In this document: one piece after another, positions 1 to 8,141 of the stretch | How the letters are laid out: each line of letters starts with the position of its first letter | How positions within the stretch are numbered: the first letter of the stretch is position 1 | From: a virus | Taxonomy: Duplodnaviria; Caudoviricetes | Direction: 5' to 3' (one strand) | DNA length: 58,198 nt | Virus record (IMG/VR): IMGVR_UViG_3300020215_000057 | Location: 1 to 58,198 of that record | Notes under the pieces: generated by a model | The model's database searches: none | Told to the model about the DNA's origin: nothing | What the model saw: only the letters and a program-made list of their open reading frames with translations | Made by a program: the position numbers and the translations under genes

Positions 1-7
1 TGGACCT

Positions 8-103
8 TTATGCCCGGATCCTCAGGGCCAGGGGGGCTTTATCAATTCGTTGGCAAACGAACCCGCGTAACAGTGGAAGAAATTTTATGACCGACCTAGA
101 AGA
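8..103 (+). repeat. Exact 96-bp direct repeat, copy 1 (copy 2 at 39935..40030)
   Basis: TTATGCCCGGATCC...ACCTAGAAGA identical at offset 39927; bases 1..7 differ from 39928..39934. Confidence 0.95.
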
Positions 104-359
104 TCTATTGAAATCGGCGAGTCCAGAGAAGAAGAGAGAGGTCGTTGATCTTTTGCTTGAGCAATTTACTTTTTGGAATGACCAAAACACTCAGTTGGTG
201 ACCAGCGGAATAGATATGGCGATACTTTACACTTTGCGCGCTCGCGACAATGAGCTCGAAACATACCACGAGCTTAAGGGCACCGTGGGGGATTCGGGCG
301 AACAATTGGCCGATATGAATCATGAGATTCGGAAAATATTGGAGACGTCCGATGAGTGA
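87..359 (+). CDS. Hypothetical nin-region protein (homolog of 40014..40286)
   Basis: ORF conserved in the second copy with synonymous changes. Confidence 0.85.
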   Translation: MTDLEDLLKSASPEKKREVVDLLLEQFTFWNDQNTQLVTSGIDMAILYTLRARDNELETYHELKGTVGDSGEQLADMNHEIRKILETSDE

Positions 360-555
360 ACACGACATTGCTGTTTTAGTGGATGAGATTAATCGCCTTC
401 GGACTCGCATTTGCGAACTTGAAGATGAAATTAAAAACTCAAACAAATTCGCGCAAGACCAAGAGGATAAAATCGCAGAGCTTCTTGGCGTGATTCAAGA
501 CAATAACATTGAGATTAGCCATCTCAAAACTATCATTATGGAGAAACAAAAATGA
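352..555 (+). CDS. Coiled-coil hypothetical protein (MSEHDIAVLVDE...)
   Basis: GGAG RBS, overlaps upstream stop; N-terminus shared with 40279..40527. Confidence 0.75.
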   Translation: MSEHDIAVLVDEINRLRTRICELEDEIKNSNKFAQDQEDKIAELLGVIQDNNIEISHLKTIIMEKQK

Positions 556-656
556 GCGAGCCTAAGTGGAAAAAGCAAATTGATAGACAGGACTTATTAG
601 ATAACTTGGCGGGAGTTTTCTTTTTCACGATCTTAACTTTGGCGGTGATAGCATGA
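552..656 (+). CDS. Small membrane peptide (34 aa)
   Basis: ATGA coupling at both ends; hydrophobic C-terminus. Confidence 0.55.
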   Translation: MSEPKWKKQIDRQDLLDNLAGVFFFTILTLAVIA

Positions 657-1180
657 CCAAAGAGCTTGAGGAGAAGTGTGAAGCGTTGGCCGCTGAATCG
701 GGTTATGACGATCACCATTCAACCTATCATGGCGAGACAATTCGTGAAAAGGCAGCGTTCCAAGCAGGCTTCCGCGCCGCAGTCGAGACTTTGGCGGGGA
801 TGGCGCCGGGTGAGTTTGATGAGCAGGCTCTAAATGCTTTTATCGGTGATAAGATCACGACAACTGGCGAAGTTCCAACATATGCGGAAGTCGAAAGGTT
901 TTTACACGCAAAATACTCCGCCGCTCTCGGCGCTAGGGACGAACGCATTCGGGAGCTTGAAACCAAGGGCCTACAAGCAGCAGGCTGGGGTTTCGACAAG
1001 GGCATCCAACTTCACGATGCCGAAAGCAAACTCCGCGAGCAATCGGCTCTATTGCGCGAAGCAATCTCGATGATTGAAAAATACCGCATGGGTTTCGCGC
1101 CAGAATACGAGATGTCGATCGCCTTTACAGAGCACGCTACAGCAGCCCTCGGGCCGCAGGCGAAAGAGACGGGGGAGTGA
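653..1180 (+). CDS. Hypothetical nin-region protein
   Basis: Coupled ORF; C-terminus shared with 40279..40527. Confidence 0.8.
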   Translation: MTKELEEKCEALAAESGYDDHHSTYHGETIREKAAFQAGFRAAVETLAGMAPGEFDEQALNAFIGDKITTTGEVPTYAEVERFLHAKYSAALGARDERIRELETKGLQAAGWGFDKGIQLHDAESKLREQSALLREAISMIEKYRMGFAPEYEMSIAFTEHATAALGPQAKETGE

Positions 1181-1386
1181 TGGCTCTCGTAAAAGCTAAA
1201 CGGATATCGTGTGCGTGTTGCGGAATGGTAGTCGGACAAATTTACGAAGGTGTTTTAGGTGACGGCGGAATATATTTCAATCCGCTAGTTTTCGGCGAGT
1301 ATCAAGGCGATCACATTGTCGATGGCTTTTTCGAGATACTTAAACCAACCCCGCCCTCAGGCGATAGGGGGGATTCTGATGAATAA
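1177..1386 (+). CDS. Small Cys-containing hypothetical protein
   Basis: Coupled ORF, GGGGGAG RBS, CACCG motif. Confidence 0.65.
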   Translation: MMALVKAKRISCACCGMVVGQIYEGVLGDGGIYFNPLVFGEYQGDHIVDGFFEILKPTPPSGDRGDSDE

Positions 1387-2071
1387 ATATATCAAATGCC
1401 ACGCGTGCGGCTCTACGGAAGACGACTGCGGATGCCCTCCAAAGTATAACAGCCATGGGTATGATCTAAATAAGTTCGTGAAGTTTGAACAACCCCCCGC
1501 GCCGCCTATTCAAGCTGTCGCCGTTGATATGGACGAAATTTCTGCCGAGATATTTCGGCAAACATATGATGAGCCGCCGACCGGCCAGGGTGATATTAAT
1601 GATGCAATTCGTGAAGGCGCCAAGCTGTACGACAAACATTTCGGGATGGACATGGCGATCCCAGGCACAGATCGAACTGTCAAAATGATTTCCAAAGAAT
1701 ACGCCGACCGCCTTGAGGCCGAGCTTAAACTCGCGAATGAAGCGATGTTCGCCCAGGCGGACAGGGCGCGAAAAGGCGAGGCCCGCGTGAAGGAACTAGA
1801 GCAGCAATTGGCGTTTGCCGCTGGCGGAGGATATAACGAGATACCAATACTCAAAGACAAAATCGCCGCGCTTGAAGCTGAAAACGCAAAAGTGCGTGAG
1901 GAAATATACCGTAAAGACAAATGGGTTAATAAGGAAATAGAACGCCTGCGCTCGGCGCTAACGAAGATCGCGAACTCCACTAAGTGGGGCGAAGACACCG
2001 CCATTAAACGCGAAATAACAAGCTTGCAGGCAATTGCCAAAGATGCCCTCGGGCGCGCAACGGAGGAGTGA
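1379..2071 (+). CDS. Mosaic coiled-coil protein with N-terminal Cys cluster (homolog of 40756..41244)
   Basis: Shared peptides QPPAPP, EPPTGQ, ADRLE, RVKEL, KDKIAAL, ALGRATEE. Confidence 0.8.
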   Translation: MNKYIKCHACGSTEDDCGCPPKYNSHGYDLNKFVKFEQPPAPPIQAVAVDMDEISAEIFRQTYDEPPTGQGDINDAIREGAKLYDKHFGMDMAIPGTDRTVKMISKEYADRLEAELKLANEAMFAQADRARKGEARVKELEQQLAFAAGGGYNEIPILKDKIAALEAENAKVREEIYRKDKWVNKEIERLRSALTKIANSTKWGEDTAIKREITSLQAIAKDALGRATEE

Positions 2072-2326
2072 ATGGAAATTAAATGCCAGGCGAAAGAAAA
2101 GCACGGTAAGAGCGGGTGTCGGCATTGCGGCGGTTACGGCCACATTGTACACGAAGCAAAATGCCAAAACTGTCAGCGCCCTTATTGGACAAAACCCGGT
2201 AGTTTTACTACATACGACGGCAAGATATTTCGCTCGTTTGACGGCCTTTTAATTAGGGTACATTTTGATAGGCCGTGGACGTGTGAAAAGTGTGAGCCCA
2301 TTAGCGAGAAGGATTTTATTTTATGA
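2072..2326 (+). CDS. Zn-finger-like hypothetical protein
   Basis: GGAGG RBS; three CxxC motifs. Confidence 0.7.
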   Translation: MEIKCQAKEKHGKSGCRHCGGYGHIVHEAKCQNCQRPYWTKPGSFTTYDGKIFRSFDGLLIRVHFDRPWTCEKCEPISEKDFIL

Positions 2327-2481
2327 GCAACTCACAATTTCAAGGGGTGGCGAACCACATACAAAAAACCCGCGAAGAATTAGAGGCGCAAATTAAAGCG
2401 CTAAACGAAAAGATTGAAGCACTTGAAAAACGCTTTAATAATTTCATTAATGCCGAGAAAATAAGGAGGGCCAGAACATGA
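2323..2481 (+). CDS. Small coiled-coil protein (52 aa)
   Basis: ATGA overlaps at both ends; AAGGA RBS. Confidence 0.6.
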   Translation: MSNSQFQGVANHIQKTREELEAQIKALNEKIEALEKRFNNFINAEKIRRART

Positions 2482-2723
2482 CCCACCCTGAGCGCCCGGC
2501 GAGGGAGAGAAAGTGCAAACACAATCCATCCTGGCCGTACTGTAAAGATCCTCGATACTATTTTCGCTGTGAGTTTTGTGGCGTTGTCATGACGTATGGC
2601 TTGAAGGCCGAGCAATTTAGAGAACATATCGAATCAGCCGAGTGTTGGTGCGAGCCTGAATTAATTGGCGACCATGAAAGCGAAGGTGGCGCCAAACACT
2701 ATCTGCATAGGGAGATCCAATGA
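2478..2723 (+). CDS. Cys/His-rich hypothetical protein
   Basis: AGGAGG RBS; N-terminus PERPARE shared with 41474..41791. Confidence 0.7.
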   Translation: MTHPERPARERKCKHNPSWPYCKDPRYYFRCEFCGVVMTYGLKAEQFREHIESAECWCEPELIGDHESEGGAKHYLHREIQ

Positions 2724-3007
2724 GCGGAGCGAAAGAGTTTTGGTTTAATTTCAGGTTTGGCGACAAGGAGTCGGTGTCTCAAGAGGTAACTGTTTGGTGC
2801 ATGAAGAACGGTCAGCATGACTTTCACGCCATCGAACGCGAGCCCGTCATGCGCTTGCTTGAGGAAAGCTTAAGGGCGCTGGAGCGCTCTGGATGCATCT
2901 GCGCTGCGAGCATTGGACATCCATGCGCCACGTCTCACTCGCCAGACTGCAAGCGCAATAGCGCCACGGCGGCCAAACTCAAAGCGTTCTTGGAGGGCGG
3001 GAAATGA
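2720..3007 (+). CDS. Hypothetical protein
   Basis: GGGAG RBS; EPVMRLLE block shared with 41474..41791. Confidence 0.7.
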   Translation: MSGAKEFWFNFRFGDKESVSQEVTVWCMKNGQHDFHAIEREPVMRLLEESLRALERSGCICAASIGHPCATSHSPDCKRNSATAAKLKAFLEGGK

Positions 3008-3089
3008 AAGTATAAATCAATAAAACTAGCGTCGCGCAGGGCCGGGTCGAGTGGGGCTTTGCAAAGCTTAGTTTAGTAAAGTGATGTTT

Positions 3090-3181
3090 CCCGTTTCGGG
3101 TTGGTATCGGTCGCGATTAAACTCGGCGCCTTGCAGGACGTAGCAAGCTCCGCTGGAGGCCAGCCCGAGCGGGGTTTTTAT
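3090..3181 (+). terminator. Long stem with T-tract; terminator or structured RNA (homolog 42213..42276)
   Basis: CCCGTTTCGGGTTGGT pairs with GCCAGCCCGAGCGGG, followed by TTTTT. Confidence 0.55.
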
Positions 3182-3237
3182 ATAGAGGCGTATATAACTG
3201 CGCGAATATATGCGTTAGTATATAACGGGAGGTAAAC

Positions 3238-3339
3238 ATGGACACATGCTGGTTCTGCAAACGCCCATTGAATGAGTGCGAGTGCCCGAAGGTGGCCAAG
3301 ACGAATTATGCGAAATCTAACGCGCCCAATAAACGCTAA
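3238..3339 (+). CDS. Tiny Cys-rich peptide (MDTCWFCKRPLNECEC...)
   Basis: GGGAGG RBS; conserved at 42337..42444 with synonymous changes. Confidence 0.7.
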   Translation: MDTCWFCKRPLNECECPKVAKTNYAKSNAPNKR

Positions 3340-3370
3340 CGGCGGGTCACGAACATGTTAGCATTTCCCG

Positions 3371-3523
3371 ATGGGGAAATATCTTAAGCGATTGTTAGAA
3401 AAGCTGTGCCCGCACGTTTGGCGTCGCGGGGAATGGATTTATCGAGGCCAGGGGATCTATGTTCGTTACGGCCGTTGCCCAATCTGCAAGTCATGGTGCA
3501 AAGATGCTAAACAAGATTATTAG
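3371..3523 (+). CDS. Small Cys/His protein (50 aa)
   Basis: ORF with CPH...CPIC motif, read by eye. Confidence 0.45.
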   Translation: MGKYLKRLLEKLCPHVWRRGEWIYRGQGIYVRYGRCPICKSWCKDAKQDY

Positions 3524-3562
3524 GCGCCTGTTTTACAGGTACAGGTTTTGGAGGGCGGGGCG

Positions 3563-3829
3563 ATGAGTATTTATCTGATTGAAAAAGCATGGTCCGATTC
3601 TATGGAAAATGAAGTTAACGCTGCTTTTGGGTATAAACCGCACGGCTATGTATTTAATGAGGCAGAGGCCCAGCAAATTTGTGAAACCTCGCCCTTTTGC
3701 ACCAAGGAAACCCATGGTTGGGCGGCACCCGAATGGCCACACTACGATGAAAATTTTAAAGTTGTAGGCGTCAAAAGAGAGCGGCTTTATAGATATTCAG
3801 TTATCCCGAAACTGTCGGCGCCAATCTAG
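3563..3829 (+). CDS. Hypothetical protein
   Basis: GGAGG upstream; ORF track. Confidence 0.65.
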   Translation: MSIYLIEKAWSDSMENEVNAAFGYKPHGYVFNEAEAQQICETSPFCTKETHGWAAPEWPHYDENFKVVGVKRERLYRYSVIPKLSAPI

Positions 3830-3851
3830 CTCGCGCCTTTTGGCACAGCCA

Positions 3852-4094
3852 CTAGCCCGCTTTATCACCCTTTTTAGGCTCGGCCTTTTCAATGGCTAAA
3901 AGAACTAACTCTTTGACCTTTTTACCAAACTTGCGCTTGGTACGTGACTGGGCTGCCATGTAGCGCTCCCACACGTCGGGGTCTACGAAGAACGTAATCC
4001 CCTTTCTTTCACGCCAAGACGGGCCGTCCGTGGCCTCGTCAAAATTAAAGTCGAAATCAAAATCTTCCATGTTTTTCGCGTCAACTCTATTCAT
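3852..4094 (-). CDS. Ribbon-helix-helix-like DNA-binding protein
   Basis: KGITFFVDPDVWERY...VKELVLLAI strand-helix-helix pattern; divergent from late operon. Confidence 0.55.
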   Translation of the reverse strand: MNRVDAKNMEDFDFDFNFDEATDGPSWRERKGITFFVDPDVWERYMAAQSRTKRKFGKKVKELVLLAIEKAEPKKGDKAG

Positions 4095-4196
4095 CTCTTT
4101 AAAGTCTAAATGTGAAGTTTTCTAAACACAAGGGCATTACAAACTAATAAAAATGTAAAAGTTCTGTAAACAGAAAACCCGTGTCAGCATTGATTT

Positions 4197-4403
4197 ATGG
4201 ACGACGCTAAAGGGGCTCCAAAGTTCTATGTTGACGAGATCAGGCGCGCCGAGCGAAGGGGCGAAAAGGGCATTACCGCCACGCTTTTTATCCCCGATGA
4301 CAATTACCTTGTGCAGGAAATGGCCGTAAAAGCCTTGGTTCGATCTCAGACCCAAGACATTGGCGAAAATGTGCCGGTCCTTAAAAAGGACGAGGGGACG
4401 TAA
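4197..4403 (+). CDS. Hypothetical protein
   Basis: First ORF of rightward late block, coupled to next gene. Confidence 0.6.
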   Translation: MDDAKGAPKFYVDEIRRAERRGEKGITATLFIPDDNYLVQEMAVKALVRSQTQDIGENVPVLKKDEGT

Positions 4404-4714
4404 TGGGCCCACAGGCCGAGAGCCCAGAGGGCCGTATGTGGGGCGCTGTTATCATGACGGCCTTTCATGACGCGAAAGTGGTTATGGAAACGGCAAAGAT
4501 TGATATTGATCTTAGGGGTAAAGTTTCCCGCCAAACAAAGAGAGAGTTTCAGGTTTTGCACCGCGAGATTTCACACTCTCATTTTGCCGACATTTGCTCC
4601 TTCATGGGTGTCGCTCACGATAGGTTTTTAAAATCATTTTACAAGGAGATGGAAAAGGCTGGGCTAAAGCTTTCAGACTTTTATTCCATTATTCCGAAAG
4701 CGGGGGCGCTTTGA
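4403..4714 (+). CDS. Conserved phage protein, possible late regulator
   Basis: WGAVIxxAxxDA...FADIC pattern recurrent in phages. Confidence 0.6.
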   Translation: MGPQAESPEGRMWGAVIMTAFHDAKVVMETAKIDIDLRGKVSRQTKREFQVLHREISHSHFADICSFMGVAHDRFLKSFYKEMEKAGLKLSDFYSIIPKAGAL

Positions 4715-5928
4715 GTTTAGAACATAATGATAAAATCGTGTGGGTTGACGTTAAAAAACTAAAGCCCAATCCAAACAACAGAAACAAGCACCCTGAGAGC
4801 CAAATCGACGAGATTGTAAAACAGATAAAATACCAGGGTTGGCGCCACGCAATTGTTGTAAGCAATCAATCAGGATTTATCGCCGCCGGCCACGGACGCT
4901 TGCTCGCGGCCCGCAAAATGGATCTTAAAAAAGTCCCGGTTGTTTATCAGGATTTCACCGACGCCGAGCAAGAGTATGCCTTTGGTGTGGCGGATAACGC
5001 TATTGCGGCGCGGGCAGAGCTTGATTTGCCGGCCATTAATTTTGATGTCGCTGATTTGGGGCCTGATTTTGATATTTCGCTTTTGGGGATTGAGGATTTC
5101 GTAGTTGAGCCCGCCGACAAATACGCGGACCAAGACGCAGACAGTGTGCCGGAAAATGTTAAAGCGGTCGCGAAACTCGGCGATATATATCAGCTTGGCC
5201 CGCATCGCTTGATGTGCGGGGACTCGACGGACCATGCGACGGTTGAGACGTTGATGGCGGGCGAGAAGGCGGATCTATACCTGACCGATTGCCCCTATGG
5301 GGTGAGCATGGAGGCTCGCGAGAAATCATCATCATCATGGGTGAACAAAGACCGCGTACATTCAAAAATTGAAAACGACGACAGGCCGCTTAGTGAAATG
5401 AAAATATTTTGGACCGAGGTCGCGAGCGCCGCAATCGCAAACTGCACCGACGAGGCCTCGTATTACTGGTTTGCGTGCCAAGGCGGGGATCAGATGATGA
5501 TGATGATGGCTCTCGGCGACGCGGGATGGGCTGTCAAGCACGAATTGATTTGGCTGAAAGATCAAATGTGTTTTGGACGCGCCGACTATCACTATAAACA
5601 CGAACCAATAATTTACGGATGGAAGCGAAAAGGAAAGCACAATTGGTTTTCGGACAGGAAGCAAACCTCAGTTTTAGAATTTGCTCGCCCAAAGAAGTCA
5701 GACCTCCATCCGACAATGAAGCCGGTTGAATTGCTTGAATATCTTCTCGGCAATTCGTCAAAGTCCGGCCACAAGGTTTTAGACACCTTCGGCGGCTCAG
5801 GCTCAACGCTGATCGCCTGCGAAAAAACAAACCGCAAATGCTTCATGATGGAACTAGATCCCCACTACGTTGATGTTATCATTGCGCGCTGGGAGAAGTT
5901 CACAGGGCAAAAGGCTAAAAAGCTGTGA
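4711..5928 (+). CDS. ParB/Srx-N domain fused to N4/N6 DNA methyltransferase
   Basis: N-terminal LKPNPNNRNKH..AGHGRL; HRLMCGDST; DCPY in place of DPPY; HPTMKPV; DTFGGSGST. Confidence 0.92.
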   Translation: MSLEHNDKIVWVDVKKLKPNPNNRNKHPESQIDEIVKQIKYQGWRHAIVVSNQSGFIAAGHGRLLAARKMDLKKVPVVYQDFTDAEQEYAFGVADNAIAARAELDLPAINFDVADLGPDFDISLLGIEDFVVEPADKYADQDADSVPENVKAVAKLGDIYQLGPHRLMCGDSTDHATVETLMAGEKADLYLTDCPYGVSMEAREKSSSSWVNKDRVHSKIENDDRPLSEMKIFWTEVASAAIANCTDEASYYWFACQGGDQMMMMMALGDAGWAVKHELIWLKDQMCFGRADYHYKHEPIIYGWKRKGKHNWFSDRKQTSVLEFARPKKSDLHPTMKPVELLEYLLGNSSKSGHKVLDTFGGSGSTLIACEKTNRKCFMMELDPHYVDVIIARWEKFTGQKAKKL

Positions 5929-6350
5929 AACCAAACCGAGGCAAACTCCGTCAACAAAAAGCAAAAGCCGCAGGCACGGTGCCGATCTTTGACGATGACA
6001 AGTTTAATGAGATGAAAAAGCTCATGCGGATGAGCCCGACTATTTACGATACGGCAGCGTTTTTCGAGTGCGCAAAAACCACAATAGAGGATGAAATTAA
6101 GCTTAGAACGGGCCTTACGTTTTCTGAGTTTCGGGATCAGTTTATGGTGCATACGCGCATGGGACTAAAGCGAAAGTGCATAGAAAAGGCCATGCAGGGC
6201 GATAACACGATGCTGATTTGGTGCACGAAAAACATTTGCGGCTGGGAGGAGAAACCTCAAGCCGTGGTTGAAATCAATAACACAAACGCCAGCGCCATTA
6301 TTCAAACGGATTTGAAGGAGCGCATTAAACAATTAAAGGGTGAGACATGA
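5925..6350 (+). CDS. Terminase small subunit (probable)
   Basis: HTH-like region plus KAMQGDNTMLIW..KN..GW; upstream of terL. Confidence 0.7.
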   Translation: MKPNRGKLRQQKAKAAGTVPIFDDDKFNEMKKLMRMSPTIYDTAAFFECAKTTIEDEIKLRTGLTFSEFRDQFMVHTRMGLKRKCIEKAMQGDNTMLIWCTKNICGWEEKPQAVVEINNTNASAIIQTDLKERIKQLKGET

Positions 6351-6586
6351 CGCAAGAACAAATTGAAATGGTAGAGGCTTTTTTAAAGACGGCGAACCCT
6401 GAAATTGAAGTTTTGTCTATCAAAACGGAACGCAACACCGACCGTGGGCCTAAGGCCCCAAAGTTTCTCACTGAAATTGTAGTAAAAGATCCCGCCCATA
6501 AAAAACCGTATGTAGTTAAAAAGAACAGCCTCGCTGTTTTCAGAGCAATGAAACAAATCGCACGCAAGCCCCGCGCGGAAACATGA
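6347..6586 (+). CDS. Hypothetical protein
   Basis: Coupled between terS and terL. Confidence 0.65.
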   Translation: MTQEQIEMVEAFLKTANPEIEVLSIKTERNTDRGPKAPKFLTEIVVKDPAHKKPYVVKKNSLAVFRAMKQIARKPRAET

Positions 6587-8091
6587 TCTGCTCCTCGCTC
6601 ACCCGCGAACAATCAAACGCGCTTTACTTAGAAGTGCTAGCGGACCAGGACACGGCGGCACTGCGCGACCTATGCCAAAATGATTTGTTCTTTTTACTCA
6701 CCATGGGCTGTAAGCGTAAGGACATTGATAAAGATTGGCTTTACGACAGGTGCCGCGAAGTCGAGGCGAATCCAGACGGGTTTTTAGACCTGTGGGCGAG
6801 AGAACACTATAAAAGCACCGTCATAACTTTTGGCCTTTCAATTCAAAACATTCTAAAAGACCCTGACGTCACAATCGGTATTTTCTCGCACACAAGGCCC
6901 ATCGCTAAGGGTTTCTTAGGCCAAATTAAAACGGAGCTTGAGCAGAACACATTCCTTAAAAAACTATTTCCCGACATTTTATATGAAAACCCTAAGGGCG
7001 AATCGCCAAAATGGAGTTTAGATTCAGGCCTTAGGGTAAAGCGCCTCACAAACCCCAAAGAGGAAACTGTCGAGGCGTGGGGTTTAGTTGACGGCCAGCC
7101 CACATCGAAGCATTTTAAAATCCTGCTTTACGATGACGTTGTGACCCGCGAATCGGTGACTACGCCTGAGCAAATCAAAAAAACGACCGAGGCGACAGAG
7201 CTTTCCTTTAACTTAGGCGCCCAGGGCGGAAAGCGCAGGTTCATTGGCACCCGTTACCACGCAAACGACACGTATCGCACGATCATGGATCGAGGCACTG
7301 CGACCGCGCGGCTTAAGCCCGCCACACATAACGGCAAAATGGACGGCGAGCCCGTGTTCTTTTCTAAAGAATTACTCATGGAAAAGCGCCGCGATATGGG
7401 CCCGTATACTTTTGGCTCACAGATGCTTCAGGACCCGGTCGCTGATAAGGCGATGGGGTTTAAGTCCGATTGGCTGAAATATTATGAGGACCTTGGCCCG
7501 ACCGAAGACTGGAACAAATATTTAATTGTCGATCCGGCCTCAAAGAAAAAGAAAACCTCAGACTATACGGTAATGAAAGTCATTGGGCTTGCGCCAGATG
7601 CTAACTATTATTTGATCGATGCCATTCGCGACAGGCTGAATCTCACCCAAAGAGCCAAGCGCCTGTTTGAACTACACCGCAAGCACCGCCCGCTTGACGT
7701 GGGCTATGAAGAATACGGAATGCAGGCCGATATTGAACACATGCTTTATATGATGGAGCAGGAAAAGTACCGCTTTAATATTACACCGCTTGGCGGGCAG
7801 GTCGCAAAAGAGGACCGTATTAAAACGCTCATTCCGAAGTTTGAACAGCGCCGCATTTATCTCCCAAAGCATTTACACTTTGTCGATTACGAGGGGAAAG
7901 CTCAGGACTATGTTCAAACTTTCGTTGACGATGAATACTTGAATTTCCCCGTCTGTATTCATGACGACATGCTGGACTGCATGGCGCGCATCTTAGACCC
8001 GGCGCTTGACGCTAAATTCCCCGAGCAGAAAAAACCACAGGCCGAGGCCCCACGCCGATACGACGGCAACGGCCAAGGATGGATGGGCTAG
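6583..8091 (+). CDS. terL: Terminase large subunit
   Basis: AREHYKST Walker A variant, LLYDD Walker B, IGTRYH, IVDPAS and HDDMLD nuclease motifs. Confidence 0.93.
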   Translation: MICSSLTREQSNALYLEVLADQDTAALRDLCQNDLFFLLTMGCKRKDIDKDWLYDRCREVEANPDGFLDLWAREHYKSTVITFGLSIQNILKDPDVTIGIFSHTRPIAKGFLGQIKTELEQNTFLKKLFPDILYENPKGESPKWSLDSGLRVKRLTNPKEETVEAWGLVDGQPTSKHFKILLYDDVVTRESVTTPEQIKKTTEATELSFNLGAQGGKRRFIGTRYHANDTYRTIMDRGTATARLKPATHNGKMDGEPVFFSKELLMEKRRDMGPYTFGSQMLQDPVADKAMGFKSDWLKYYEDLGPTEDWNKYLIVDPASKKKKTSDYTVMKVIGLAPDANYYLIDAIRDRLNLTQRAKRLFELHRKHRPLDVGYEEYGMQADIEHMLYMMEQEKYRFNITPLGGQVAKEDRIKTLIPKFEQRRIYLPKHLHFVDYEGKAQDYVQTFVDDEYLNFPVCIHDDMLDCMARILDPALDAKFPEQKKPQAEAPRRYDGNGQGWMG

Positions 8092-8141
8092 ACCTTTTAC
8101 ATTTTGTAAACTTAGCTTAAACATTTTTACAGCCTCAAAAT

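Noticed and set aside
8-103. Simple circular assembly overlap or direct terminal repeat
   Set aside because: Flanks differ on both sides and 18 kb of another phage follows the second copy.
87-3339. Diversity-generating retroelement (TR/VR pair with 40014..42444)
   Set aside because: Differences are synonymous changes and block replacements, not adenine-specific; no reverse transcriptase ORF in the window.
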